Source of the DNA: Microthyrium microscopicum
Lineage: Eukaryota
Assembly (NCBI GenBank): GCA_010405405.1
Contig: MU004231.1
Span: 4,142,884 to 4,206,883 of the forward strand
DNA: 64,000 nt
Direction: 5' to 3'
The notes below the pieces were generated by a model. It ran no database searches. It saw nothing but the letters and a program-made list of their open reading frames with translations, and was not told where the DNA came from. Positions 23,376 through 36,700 of the stretch are shown here, piece by piece (the stretch's first letter is position 1; each line of letters starts with the position of its first letter). A program made the translations under genes and the position numbers.

Positions 23376-26171
23376 ATGGCTGGGCTCTCACCACAAGATA
23401 TCCTCCCTGGCTACCTCCAAGCTCGAGTCAAGAGCGCTCTCTCCGGCGACACCGTCATCCTCACCAAACTCGACAATCCTAAACAAGAGCGGACCCTGAG
23501 CTTTGCCTTTGTCTCCGCACCACGACTGAAAAAAGAAGGCGATGAAGTAAGTTCCCACAAGCTAAAGCAGCCTTCCGCCCACCCGTCTGCGTTGCAAACT
23601 ATCGAATAATTACAATGTTCCACAAGCTAACCACTTCTCCAATTATAGCAATTCGCCTTTGACTCACGCGACTACCTCCGCAAGCTCCTAGTCGGCCGCA
23701 CAATCCTCTTCAAACCGCTCTACACGATCCCTACCACTAAGCGCGAATACGGCATCCTAGTAGTCCCGAAAGGCCCACAATTCCCCGAACGCACCGTAGC
23801 TGACGGCTGGGTCAAACTGCGCGACGACGCAGGCCGCAAAGACGAATCCGAAGAAGCCACGCGCCTCCTCGAACGTCTACAAGTTGCCGAAGCACGCGCC
23901 AAGGCCGATGAAAAAGGCGTCTGGCAGGAAAAAGGTGGCCGCGTGGAATGCGACTATGAGATTCCAGGCGACGTCAAGGCCTTTGTGGAGAAATACCGTG
24001 GCAACCCGCTAGATGGCTTGGTGGAGCGTGTGGTTACTGGCGACCGGCTGATTGTGCGGCTGCTGTTGAGTCCGACACATCATGTGCAGAGCATGCTGCT
24101 GGTGGCCGGTGTCAAGGCGCCAAGCACCAAGCGCCTAAATACGAGTGATGGTAAAGAGCAGGCGGCGGAACCGTTTGGTGAGGAGGCGCAGGGGTTTGTG
24201 GAGTTGCGAATATTGCAGCGCAATATCGTGGTGGATTTGCTGGGTGTTAGTCCGCAGGGCCAGTTGGTGGGTACTGTGAAGCATCCGACGCAGGGCTCGA
24301 TTGCGCCGCATATTCTTAAGGCGGGTTTGGCGAGATGTACGGACTTTCATTCTACGCTGCTGGGTAGTGAGATGGGTGTGTTGAGACAGGCGGAGAAGGA
24401 GGCGCGGGATAAGAAACTTGGTGTCTTTCATGCGCATACTGCAAAGGCGAATGCTGCTGGTGAGGCTGATGCGACGGTCTCGCGAATTCTCAGCGCAGAC
24501 ACGATCTTCCTGCGGAATAAAGCTGGCGTTGAGAAGCGGATTAGTTTGAGCTCCGTTCGCCAGCCAAAACCATCAGACCCAAAGCAAGCTCCATGGGGCG
24601 CTGAAGCTCGGGAATTCCTGCGGAAGAAATTGATTGGCAAGCATGTCAAATGTAAGATTGATGGCAAGCGAGCTGCAACAGAAGGATATGAAGAGCGGGA
24701 AATGGCGACTGTCACGGCAACTGGCAAGAATGTCGCTTTGCTCTTGGTGGAGAATGGTTTTGCTTCAGTCATAAGACATCGACATGACGACCCTGATCGG
24801 TCGCCTGTATACGATGATCTTTTGCAGGCAGAACAACAAGCTCAAGAACAGCAAAAGGGCATGTGGTCCACAAAATCCGCTCCACCAAAGAAATTCGTCG
24901 ACTATTCTGAATCACTGGAGAAGGCAAAGCGACAACTTGCTCTGCTTTCCAGACAAAAGAAAGTTCCAGCGATAGTCGACTACGTCAAATCTGCTTCTCG
25001 CTTCACCGTTCTTATTCCTCGCGAAGACTCAAAGATCACATTTGTTCTTAGTGGAATTCGAGCGCCTAGATCTGCGAGAAACGCGACCGAGAAGAGCGAG
25101 CCATTCGGTCAAGAAGCACATGACTTCGCCAACAAGCGATGCCTACAACGCGACGTTGAAATAGACGTCGAAGATGTAGACAAAGTCGGCGGCTTCATCG
25201 GTTCTCTATATATCAACCGCGAAAACTTCGCCAAAGTACTCGTCGAAGAAGGTCTAGCATCTGTTCACGCCTACTCCGCTGAAAAATCTGGCAACGCAGC
25301 TGAGCTATTCGCCGCCGAAAAGCGCGCTAAAGAGCAACGGAAAGGACTCTGGCAAAACTGGGATCCATCCCAAGACGCCGAAGACGATGCCGTCGCGGGT
25401 GCTCAATCTACCAATGGTTCTGGCGCCGCCAATGGCAACGGCGAGTCCAGCGCGCGTCGCAAAGAAGACTACCGCGATGTAATTATCACCCACATCGACG
25501 AGTCGGGCCACCTCAAACTGCAACAAATTGGCTCAGGCACCGCCGCTCTCGACAGCCTAATGTCCTCATTCCGTGCCTTCCACCTCTCCTCGCAGTCCAA
25601 ACTCCCCGGCCCACCAAAGGCAGGCGATGTACTCGCCGCTAAATTTTCCGCCGACGGTAGCTGGTATCGTGCCAAAGTTCGCCGCAACGACCGCGAAAAG
25701 CAAACCGCTGAAGTCGTCTACCTAGACTACGGCAACAGCGAACTCGTCCCCTGGTCCGCACTTCGTCCACTCGGCAAAGATGACTTTACTCTCGCACGTC
25801 TAAAGCCACAAGCTACCGACGCAACGCTCTCCTTCGTCCAACTTCCTGGTGCGCCAGAGTATCTCCGAGATTGCATTGCGTGGCTAGCAGATGCGACTGA
25901 CGGCCGTACATTGGTGGCCGCCGTAGACCATGTGGATGTTGGCACGGGCGCTTTAAGTGTCACGCTATTTGATCCAGAGCGCAGTCAGACTGTCGAAGAG
26001 AGTTTGAACGCAGAGCTGGTAAGTGAAGGCTGGGCATTGGTGCCGCGCAAGATGCGCGCTTGGGAGATGGCGGATAAGGAGGTTGTGGAGCAGGTTCGGC
26101 AGAAGGAGGTGCAGGCCAAGAAGGATCGGAAGGGTGTGTGGGAGTATGGTGATATCTCTGCTGATGATTGA
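23376..26171 (+). CDS. SND1: Tudor staphylococcal nuclease (Tudor-SN/p100); one intron near 23547-23648
   Basis: Four SNase repeats (SGDTVIL, GDRLIV, SADTIF, EPFGQEAH), Tudor domain AKFSADGSWYRAKV..YLDYGN, and C-terminal GVWEYGD. Confidence 0.96.
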
Positions 26172-26418
26172 ATGGCATATGAATGAGGCAGCCAGGGACG
26201 TTCTTAGGCTGTAGGGGCAGTGGTTGGGTATGGCTCTTCTCGTGGTATAGATCATGATTCATGATGCATTGGGTGGTGTATAAAATTCATTAAGATTATG
26301 ATATCAAAGCAGTCTTTGTCCCTGATTTATACGCCCCATATCATGGGATGACAATAACAAATGCCCATACAAACACTTCGGCTTATCGAAGTCAAGCAAA
26401 CCTCCCGTATCAAACTAC

Positions 26419-28647
26419 CTACTCAACCTCCTTTGTCCCAACAACCTCATCACCCTCCTGTATGAACCGATCCGTCAACCTCCTCTGCAATACATCATCC
26501 CCCTTCCCAGCGCCACCCATAAATCCAAAGCCCATGGCCCCCTGCCAAATCGCCACCCCATCATTTCCCTCCTTGACAAACCATGCTATCTGCTCTCCCG
26601 CTCCAAGGATTTGCTCATCCAACTCTAACGTTACACTTGCACTGCCATCCCAGTTCTGTAGCACGATACGATGTTTCCCCGTGCTTTGCTCGACGATGGT
26701 ACTGGTCGTTGCAGCGGCAAGTAGCATGTCGCTGAGGAGAACTGTGCCGACGGGGCGGGTGAAGAGGATTTGTTCGCTGACGAGTGGGTTTTGGAGGTAG
26801 GAGCGTAGGAGATGGTGCTGGACGGTGTGGAGGAGGCGCTGGAGTTGAAAGCCGCTGCTGGGGAAAGTATGGGAAGAGAAGCCGAGTTCGACAGCGCAGT
26901 TTAGTGTTGTGGTTAGAGAGTGACAGGTTGTGGCTGAGAGGGATATGTGGTTGGTTTCGGTGGTTATGCTCATGTCTTTTGTTAAGAGGACATGGTAGGT
27001 CTCTGAGTCGGGATGGTTGGAGCATTCAATTATGAGCTCGGCGTCTGGGTGGGCCAAGAATAGGGGCGTGTTGCCAGAAGTCTGGTTGAGGTCGAAGGAC
27101 TTGTAGTGAAGGAGTTGGATACGCTCGATGTTGGTTAATGAAAATCGAGTGCCGCTGGAGACGAATGTGATCGAAGTGATGAGCTCGGTTAGCAGATCTG
27201 AATCTCTAGTTGGCTGTTAGAGTGATTCAGTGACAGATAGGGTATACTTGCGCTTTGGCAGAGAGTATGCGAGTTTCGTGGGAGTTTGAGGATATCAAGT
27301 GTGTGTTAAAGCCTTGTTGGGCGTGTAGAAGTGCCTGTGACTGGGCAAGGAGAGTTGCATAATCTTCGAAAGACTTGGGCTGAATAGGGTCCTCGACTTG
27401 CGTGAGAGCATCACTGTGAAGAGCTATAGACCTTGTAGATATATTTGATAGAGTCACTTGTGAAGGCTCATTTGAGTATGATGAGGCTAAGTATATCTGG
27501 TATGAGTTGCTGAGTGACTCGCTTGAAAGATGTCGAAGAAGAAGACTTATAGGTAGTACTGCAGAATCGTTAGTTGTGTAAAGACTCGATATGGTAGGGA
27601 TACATTCAACTCAATTCAAGTTGTGGAGCATGAGGATGAGTTCCTGCGCAATTGCATATAAAGACGGAGCCTTCACTATTGATGCTTCTGCCCGACCAAA
27701 CATCGCCAAAGGTAGCAGTAGGACACAAAACTGTGCTCATTCCCGACATTTGAGTGGAGACAGTAAATGTCACTCGTGTGGTGAAATTTGAATCTGTTTT
27801 CTCCTGTAATGGCGTTGAGCCCTTCTTGGTCTTGTTCTCAACGATTATGTTTGCCAGAAACCAATCGTATATATGAGTAATCTTTTCGTTAGCACTTTTA
27901 GAATGACTCCTGACAAGTTGTCAGTAAACCCAATAGACCATTTTATCTTGGTCTGAGGCATCGAACAAGAGAGCCATTTGAACACTATTTCCATTATGTC
28001 TGTCATAACAGTTCTTGAAGATAGAAGGCTTTTTATTCCATTGATTGCTTTAAACCTCTTTTCAAACCAAGAAGTGTTATGGCAGACACCGTCGCCGATG
28101 AAGATGTTCCCACAAACCGCTTCATTGTCTTAAAGGTGAAGAAGCGGAGACAATCTTACATTCCTAACGCTCCGACTGCAAGAGTCAATCCATTTATATG
28201 AGCAGTCAATGTTGTCTTGAGCTTGATGATATCGCCTCCCTCTTTTGTCCAGATAATCATCTTCCAACTCATCTTCACTTCATCTTGTACTCTCTCCGAT
28301 TTTGTAGACTCGCTATACTTGGGATCAATAACTTCATACTTGACTACTATCGCCTCGAGATGGGAGAGCGTTCTGTGGCATCCTTGGAGCATATCCGAGA
28401 GTAGTATCGTATCATTTTCAGACAACTTGCCTTTCGACTCTTCCTGATCGTCTGGTTCCGCAGAGACATCTTGTTTTGGCAGCTCTCGAGCTACCAATTT
28501 TAGGACATTCTCCAACGTGTTCAGCAAATCTTGAGTTTCCAAGAACTCAGAAGGCGCTGATTTGCGACCTGAGGACAGTGCTCGCCCGATCTTGTATGCA
28601 ATTTGAGACAAAAGGATAGCATCGCCAATCGATACCGAAGAAGTCAT
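26419..28647 (-). CDS. Multi-exon gene (about 626 aa if fully spliced) with N-terminal HeLo-like/SesA-type fungal STAND N-terminal domain; possibly defective
   Basis: SIGDAILLSQIAYKIGRALSSGRKSAPSEF...KLKTTLTAHINGLTL start. Putative exons 28647-28160, 27909-27611, 27558-27252 and 27205-26419 sum to 627 codons but need a weak GTTGAA donor and a GC donor. Confidence 0.55.
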
Positions 28648-28670
28648 GATGCGGAGTACATGATGTTATT

Positions 28671-29264
28671 ATGAATATCGAGGTGTATACTTGGAGGTGC
28701 TGCCGCCAATCCCACAACGGATCCTTCAAGCCTTCAAAAACCATCAAGTGCTTCATCGAAAAGTACTACACGCCCCAGACCATCTTGCGTTTACAACGCG
28801 TGTTCAATAGGCGCGATGAACAGCCACAGCTCAACGTAATTCTCGCCACGGTCCTAGCCATCCATATTCTTCGGACTATCTTCAAAGATAGCCAAGACCT
28901 GGTTGAGCTATGCGTCAAGAAGGCGGAAGGCTTCCTAAGAAATGAGCAGGGGATTACTCGCTGTGATATGCTGCGTGCTTGGTTCAGACTTGAAGCGGAA
29001 CGCAAGATTGGCGTTGGATACTTCCTATCTAGAATAGAGTTACTGCAGAGAGATTTAGATATAGAACCACGCGGGCCCGAAGTTTCAAGCTCGAAAAGGG
29101 TGGACTGGCGGGAAGCGAACGCGTATGCAAAAACGCGGGTGTTGGAGTTGGCAGGGACGGATCTCTTTGAGGATTTTGATGCGGTTGGTCTGGATGATCT
29201 GGACGATGAGATGGAGCGGCGGGAGAAGATTTGTCAAATGAACAGCCGCAGTGCTGGGGTTTAA
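28671..29264 (+). CDS. Hypothetical 197-aa protein resembling the C-terminal helical domain of fungal VIT/vWA proteins (fragment or stand-alone)
   Basis: QSHNGSF...ATVLAIHIL...LVELCVKKAEGFL pattern; intronless ORF. Confidence 0.45.
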   Translation: MNIEVYTWRCCRQSHNGSFKPSKTIKCFIEKYYTPQTILRLQRVFNRRDEQPQLNVILATVLAIHILRTIFKDSQDLVELCVKKAEGFLRNEQGITRCDMLRAWFRLEAERKIGVGYFLSRIELLQRDLDIEPRGPEVSSSKRVDWREANAYAKTRVLELAGTDLFEDFDAVGLDDLDDEMERREKICQMNSRSAGV

Positions 29265-30416
29265 GTGAGTGTATGTAGATTTCCATCAACTGGTAGCTTA
29301 GCGCAGGCACGCATGTATTCACTGGACGTTCGGGAGATGGCCTTTCGGTAGCAAGTATTTTGAGAAAGATATTTCTTGGACGTTAGAATACCTAGGTAGG
29401 TCATTCGGTGGTATTCCCGTCCATTATCATCTCTGTGGTAGCATTTCGGGACGATGGAAAGCTTTACTTCTTATCTCATTCGATATATATATCAACTTTC
29501 GATCCTCGTGGGAATAATAAAGCACTTGATAATATCGCGAAGTAGATGTCGAATATCAAAGCTTATGAGAGCATCCGTTGAGATTGCTAGCTGGATTTGA
29601 TTGCCGACAGCGAATGCTGTTGAGGATATTATGTAATGTACGAATAAGCGATCGCATTTCCCTATTTCATTTCTAATTGTTGGAAATGGCAAGTCCTGAA
29701 TATACTCTTGTTCAAGAAAATACCGATATCCAGTACCTCACATTGGTTGTTGTAGTCAATACTTCTGAGTCAGATCGAAATCTCAGAATAATCGTTTTTC
29801 AGAGAGTGTGCCATTTCCCAGCTCTTTCCAAAAATAATTTCACAACACTTATTAGTTAATAGCAAAATCAGAAGAGTCTTTGAACAGTCGTTTCATCATT
29901 AGCAAGACCTAGTGCCTTTGAAAGGTCAGCAAACGCACCAAAACAAAGTTATAATACAATGCTGTTGTCTCCATTAATTTTCCGAAGAATCAAGTCTTCC
30001 GATTTTTGAAACCAACGCACGCTCTCCATTCCATGTTTTTGCCAAACGCCCAGTCTTCCAATCTAGACGTTTCTAGCCATTTCCGGATCCAGTGTTAAGA
30101 TCCACGGCTGTGGTTGATCGTTGTATTAAAGAAGTCGATGTCCGACGATTGAGGAAAGCTTCGATATGCGGTGGGAAAAGAGTCGCTAGTGTTGTCGAAA
30201 GGAGAAAGTTGGTATCAATTCATTGAAGACGCCGTGCGGTACTCCAATGTTTGGTCTGCCAGCCGTATTCCAGGGGTAATCATACACACTAATCCAGTGT
30301 GTTCCAAACATAAAAACGCCGTTTTAAACCAATACCATGGAAAGGCCATGGCTGGTTCGCCCATGAACGAGTGCAAGTGTATGATACAAGAAAGCACGCG
30401 AGGAAACAAAGATAGA

Positions 30417-31466
30417 TCATAGCAGAACAAGGTAATTGCTCGGGGCAATACCCGTCTCGCCATTTTCCTTCTTTGCTTGCCACCATCTTCCACTGACATC
30501 TGACACTTCGAGTACCTCGTGTTTGCCAAAGGAGATTTCATTGGCATCGTCTGGATTTGCTTCGTATGAGTAGATGGCTTTTGCCTTGTATGGGTATTCC
30601 ATGGGGGCGTTTGTCTCTGCTTCGGTAGGGGCGGGGCCGGTCGTGGCCGAAGTCATGGTTCCGTTAGCAGCTCCGAAACGTGTGACGGCCGAATTTCGTT
30701 GCGGCTCGGCAGCACCCACTGGTCCACCGGGGAAACCAGAGACTGGAGAGCTAGTCTCGAACCCGTTGAGTTGCGCGGAGGTGTACATTTGCGGTTGTTG
30801 GGCATCGCTGCGGGAGCCATATGCGTTGGACATGCCGCGACTTGCTCGGAAGCTCTTTTCGGATTTGTGTAGGGCGAAAGAATCGATGTATTTGCGGGGA
30901 CCGGCTTGAGGCTTGGCGCCAAAGTATGCTATCCAGACCATCTAAGGGGAATTAGTTTCGGGGGTTCGAGCACGTGGGGACAATTTTAGCGTACCGAAAC
31001 CATAGAAAGGAGAATGAATCCGGACGCTGATGCTTGTTTCGACGCTTGGTTGGTGTAGATGAGACTGTTGACGGCGGATGCTGTTAATACTACGCCTGCT
31101 GATAAATAGCCAACGATCTGAAAATGTCAGCCTATAGTATAGAAATGCAGTTTTGTCCGGCCGTACTGCAACACTGTAGATGTCTTCTGTTTCAGTCGCA
31201 ACTGATATCGTAACCGCAAGGATACAGAGGAACATGAACACTAGAGCCCACCAGGCGAAATTTGGGAATTGGTCCTTGACATCGGCATATATGGATGAGA
31301 TGAATGCAATGAGCCATGCAAGCTGTTAACCGTTAGTAACATGTCCATGATCATCTTCCAGGTTGAATTCTCTTACAATAGCAATGGATATTGTAGCCAA
31401 CGCAAATGGGTCTCCGATAATTCTTGATAAATCGAACCGCGCGGCGGTCTCGTTGTATCTCTCCAT
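30417..31466 (-). CDS. SHO1: High-osmolarity signalling membrane protein Sho1 (4 TM + SH3); 4 exons
   Basis: [82 protein letters not shown]. Confidence 0.97.
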
Positions 31467-33858
31467 CGCGTAGTATGTAGGTCCTCGCGCGTTAAGAAAT
31501 GGAGAAGAAGGGATAGAAGAGTATTTTAAGAAGATAAGACGCGAGCAGTGGTTGTTTGTGAGAAGATATTGACAAGCTGTCAAATCGATCTAGGCGCAGG
31601 GGGAGGGCGTTTGTCTAGTAGAAAGGCGGGAGATTGGGGTTGCAGAGGCGTCGTTCTGTCGAGTTTGTAGCGCGGCGCGGGAGAGTAGGATAAGCGGAAA
31701 TGGGAGAATTGGCGGGTGAAGAGAGGTATTAGAAGTAAATGTATGAAGCTCGCACCAGGAAAGCAGCAGTAGTGGGAATGGAAGAGAGAGTGTGGGCAAA
31801 AACACAATGGCCGAAAGTGGAAGTGTTGGATTGAAGATGGAGGTCTTTTGGGATGCAAATGGCACGAATGGCAGGCACGACGGGATAGAAAGGGCTCAAC
31901 AGGAGATTTGGGCAAGAACGTCCCTAGCAAATGGGAAGGAGACGGTGGGTCTGGCTGACGCTTCCTTGCCCAATCCCTGCCTGTTCAAGTCCATGCTTCC
32001 TGACGCTTTTGGCCTGCAGTTCCTGGACTTGGCAGGGATTTACAGACACATGCAGTAGCTACTGCCCACTCAATGTTTGATACCAATCCTCTGACACACT
32101 CCTGTTTCGTTCATTTCTCCACGCTCTCCAGATTCTACTGCGCTCATGCCATGGCTCGTTGTCAACCGACAGATCCATGGTGATGCGACAGATCATATGC
32201 AGGTACTGTCTACGGATGAGGATGAAGCCATTCTGGTCAAGCCAATGGCCAGTTACTCGGCCAGATTGCACATATGCTAGACACAATCCACCAAGACGAG
32301 ACAATGGCTCCAGCACTCGACATGAACCATCCATCTCACTGGACTAGATGTAGCCGAACCATTGCACTCGACTAAGAGTCATGAAATACGAAGCACTCAA
32401 TATACACCACAGTGTACGAAAGAACCAATACCACATGAATAGAATATTCCAACTGTAACATGTTTCTTTGGCGTTTTCTATATCTACAAGATCACCTTGG
32501 CCATCCAATAGTTATACTTTCAATATTGTTTGATTTTAAATCCGCAGTCTTGGTTTCAAGGGTTAATTCAATAGATGCAGCCATCACAACACCAAGGAGG
32601 CCTGATATTTTGGATCAGTCTGTCTTGATTGGTCACGATAGCCAGCCTTATACGCAGCCAGCAATACTTTGCACATGGCACAATCCTTTGAGCCTATCTA
32701 CCGGTACAGTAGTGATACCTATGTCCCTCGAATAATTGTCAAAGTAAATCTCCATCAGATACAAACATACTGTTCATGTGCCCAAATCCGCATATTCAAA
32801 ATCAAGTATAGCCAACATCCCTACAACACTCCCTATACCGACAAGTCTCATGCACAAAACTCTAAATCAATTAAATTAAACCACCCGTACAAGCACATAT
32901 TCCGCCTATAAACCCAGGAAGTGATCCACTAGTTCCCTCGAGTATTAATTTATACACCACCACAGGGGACCATCCAAACTATCGTTCACTCAACCCCTCT
33001 CTTCCAGTCACAAAGTAAATCGTAACAGAGTAGAAGGTAGGTATTCGGACAATATTAATCTTACCCCTCATTACGTTGACTTGACTCGTTGCATTGCAGT
33101 ATGTTCTTTATCCATATTTGTATGCGGGTAAAGTTCATGTCTGAAACGAGAGCTGCATTGTGCCGGATTCACAGACTGCCGGACCGACATGTGTTGGTGG
33201 GGACTGGTTGTGACAGGAAACGGAGCTGATGTAATTGTTGAAACTTGTTTGGTTGGCTGTGATGAGGCAAGGCGCTTTTTTGGAGGTTTACGGATACCGT
33301 ACGTGTGTTTTTGGTTCATCTGATGAAGGTTCTAAATAATTGTAATCGTTGATGTCTTCCAAAAGATATAGGTTTTTTGGATTTGCGCTTTTTGTTATTA
33401 TTCTCTGTCGGTTGCAAATAAGATCTATGTACAGCTGAGCAATGTTGTGAGATATGGCAAGTTGGTAGGTGATTTGAGAATATCTCATACTACATGACTA
33501 CCATACTTTCGAAACTGGAGAGAAGATGAACTGCAGCTCGACGTAACGCCGGTCAGCATTCTAGTTTAGCTTTCTATGCGCACGAGTTGAAGTAAACCAT
33601 ATGCAACCTGCGTCAGTACATATACTGTCGTGTCGAAAGTGTGGAGAGCTTGAGGTCTTGCAGGTCGTGCTGTATTGACCCATTTAGGCTGTATCGACTT
33701 CTTTGCGCAACCATTCGCATTCGCCTTTGATTCTACACAATACCACCCATGAATATCCCACTCGTACGGATAGCATGCCCGGACAATCCCTCCCAATATC
33801 CAGCCATCCAGTCTCCATCCATACCCATCTGATCAATCCCCTGACCATCCACTACCTC

Positions 33859-34523
33859 TCATCCCCTCTCATCCCCCCTCCTCCTCTCCGCCCTCCCAAT
33901 CTCCCTCTCCACCCTCCGTACTCTACCCTCCCACTCAACCCAACATCTCATCTGCGCCAAAACATCCACATCATGCCACCTCGTCACCGCCACCGCACTG
34001 CGTCTTCTCAACTCTGAAATCTCTGCATTCTGCTCTGTCTGTCGTGCTGCCACGTCTTCAATGCGCGGCCACAGACTCGCCCATTGCGCAAATGAACTTG
34101 TGGGCGGAAGCTCCGTGTCTGCCAGCGAACGGAGTTGTGAGGCTGTGCTTTGCAGCGCGGGTGCGGCGGATAGGACGGTGGCGAGTTTTTGGGCGGTGGG
34201 GAGGGCTGGTGGGAGGGTGGTGGTGGGTGGTGGTGTGAAGATGTCGGGATGTTTGGACTCTAGGGGATAGGTCAGTTTATGGGTATGGTATGGTATGGGA
34301 GCAATGGGAGGTAGGTACGGAGTTTGAGGAGGTTGGAGACGATGTCGTTTTGGGAGGCGAGTTTGAGGAGGGATTGCTCGAGTTTGTGGATTCGTGGGAG
34401 GACGGGTGTTGGTTGCGGGTCTTGGGTTGGTGGGGCGTGGAGGAGGAATTCTAGGCGTTGGAGACGCCAGTTTAGGAGGTCGAGGGTGTGGAGGACTAGT
34501 TCGTCGAGATTGTGGTTTTCCAT
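33859..34523 (-). CDS. ro-10: Nuclear distribution protein RO10-like (dynactin p24-type subunit); 2 exons
   Basis: TLDLLNWRLQRLEFLL start; after the intron PDIF...SFPPTSSFAQ...QNAEISELRRRSA..WVEWEGRVRRVERE. Confidence 0.8.
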
Positions 34524-34876
34524 GATTGGGTATGTCCGGAAAGTAGTATTGTAGTGTTTTGGGAGATATTGTATTTGTAGAGCAATGAATGAAGCTTGAA
34601 TGAAAGTCGCGATGTGGGATATGGCGCTAGCAGGGGTTGTGGGCTTAGCGCGCTTCTCAACTTCAAGTCATTCATCATCGCCTACGCAAGCATCGCAATT
34701 CTTGACGTTGATCCAGTTCATTACTACAACATTCTCCCGTCAAAACTTCGAGGAGCACCGTATACACTCCCGTCTTACATCCGTTTGCTATCATCATACT
34801 CTTCGCCGCCGCCAATTGCTTTCTTAGCCCATGATTCTCTCCTGCTGAGCCGCATAGCTTCGCCAACTTGGCCATC

Positions 34877-36615
34877 ATGGCGAACTACGCAACCGTTAGC
34901 CAGGCCGATCCTGATGTAGGAGGTGGTTCTCCAACACCAAGAATGAGACGGTAAGTGGGATAGCTGGACAAGCAGTACGACTAGATCATACACTGACAGA
35001 ACTTTCTAGACCTCGCAGAAAGATAAAAGATGGCAACTTTACCGGTACCGCCAGCTTCTCCTCCAGTGTCATCAACCTGGTCAACACAAGTATGACACTT
35101 ATATCGAGCTATATTGGGATGGCACTAACGATATATAGTTGTTGGAGCTGGAGTTTTAGCTATGCCGAGGGCCATGTCGCAGATGGGTATGCTGTTGGGA
35201 ACTATTTTCATTGTATGGTCCGGCATAACAGCAGGCTTCGGTCTCTACCTCCAAACGAAATGCGCCATGTACCTGGAACGCGGCCACTCATCCTTCTTTG
35301 CGCTTTCCCAGTTAACATATCCTAATCTGGCCATCATATTCGATGCCGCTATAGCCGTCAAGTGCTTCGGGGTTGGCGTCAGCTACTTGATTATTATTGG
35401 AGATTTAATGCCCGGTGTCGTACTTGGCTTCAATGCAGCCGCCGGAGACGTAGGGTACCTGGTCGATAGACATTTTTGGATAACCGGATTCATGTGAGTA
35501 CTTCGAGTTGCAAATATGGAGCTTTTACTGATCTCATTAGGCTGGTTGTAATTCCTCTTTCTTTCTTGAGACGTTTGGATTCTCTCAAGTATACGAGCAT
35601 CATTGCTTTAGTCGCCATTGGCTATCTAATCATTCTAGTACTGGCTCATTTTATTAAAGGAGATACCATACCCGATCGAGGGGAGGTAAACTTTGTTCGC
35701 TGGGCAGGACCTCTCAATACGCTCGCCAGTCTTCCAGTCATTGTATTTGCCTATACATGCCATCAAAACATGTTTTCAATTCTCAACGAAATCAAAAACA
35801 ACTCTCACTTTCGCACAACTGGAGTTGTTATTGCCAGTATTGGCACAGCATGCTCCGTCTATGTTCTGGTCGCTATTACTGGTTACCTTTCATACGGCAA
35901 TAATGTCCAAGGAAATATTGTCAGCATGTACCCACCGACAATTGCATCCACAATAGGCCGGGCTGCAATCGTCGTCTTGGTCATGTTTTCATATCCACTG
36001 CAGGTTCACCCCTGCCGTGCTTCCGTCGATGCTGTCCTAAAATGGCGTCCAGCTTCACGAAGGACACCACCTCCGCCACCATCAAGTGCTCCATCTACTA
36101 CGCGTTCTGGTTCACCATCTCGAGCACCAGATAGTAGTCAACATCCTGGTAAGGGAGAGATGTCCGACACCCGATTCGCAGCTCTTACAGGTGCAATTAT
36201 CATTGCATCTTATCTAGTAGCCATGATCGTCTCTAGTCTCGAAACTGTGCTCGCCTATGTTGGGTCGACCGGCAGCACAAGTATCAGCTTCATCCTCCCT
36301 GGTCTATTCTACTACAAAATATCATCTCCTGACAGCCCGGCTCACCAAAAACTCATGAAAGACAATGACTGGGATGAGGATGACGATTACTATTCAGATC
36401 ACGACGATGAAGACGCTGATGCCGAAGGAAATCCTTTGCTCACTTCCAGCATTGCATCTCTACGCTCACTCCAGCGCGGCACCAACCGAGTATTGCGTAG
36501 ATTCAAGCCCAGAGATCTACTCAGAAAGCTAAGCTTGACATTGGCGATTTATGGTGTGGTTGTTATGGTTGTGTGCCTGGGCACCAACGCATTTTTGCAT
36601 TCAACAAAGCATTAA
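34877..36615 (+). CDS. Vacuolar amino acid transporter (AAAP family, Avt5/6/7 type); 4 exons
   Basis: SSVINLVNT|IVGAGVLAMP, AIAVKCFGVGVSYLIIIGD, FAYTCHQNMF, SYPLQVHPCR, VGSTGSTSISFILPG. Confidence 0.93.
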
Positions 36616-36700
36616 AGATGTAATATTGTTAATATCTTACAGAATTGCAAACTCTCCATGGCTTGGAGTCTATCATCAGCCAACATAAGAATAAAAATCC

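Noticed and set aside
29300..30300. Possible decayed minus-strand coding sequence
   Set aside because: Multiple stops and no recognisable motif; cannot be supported without a search
31580..33800. Short ORFs upstream of SHO1
   Set aside because: No motifs or consistent splice structure; reads as CT-rich 5' region and intergenic DNA
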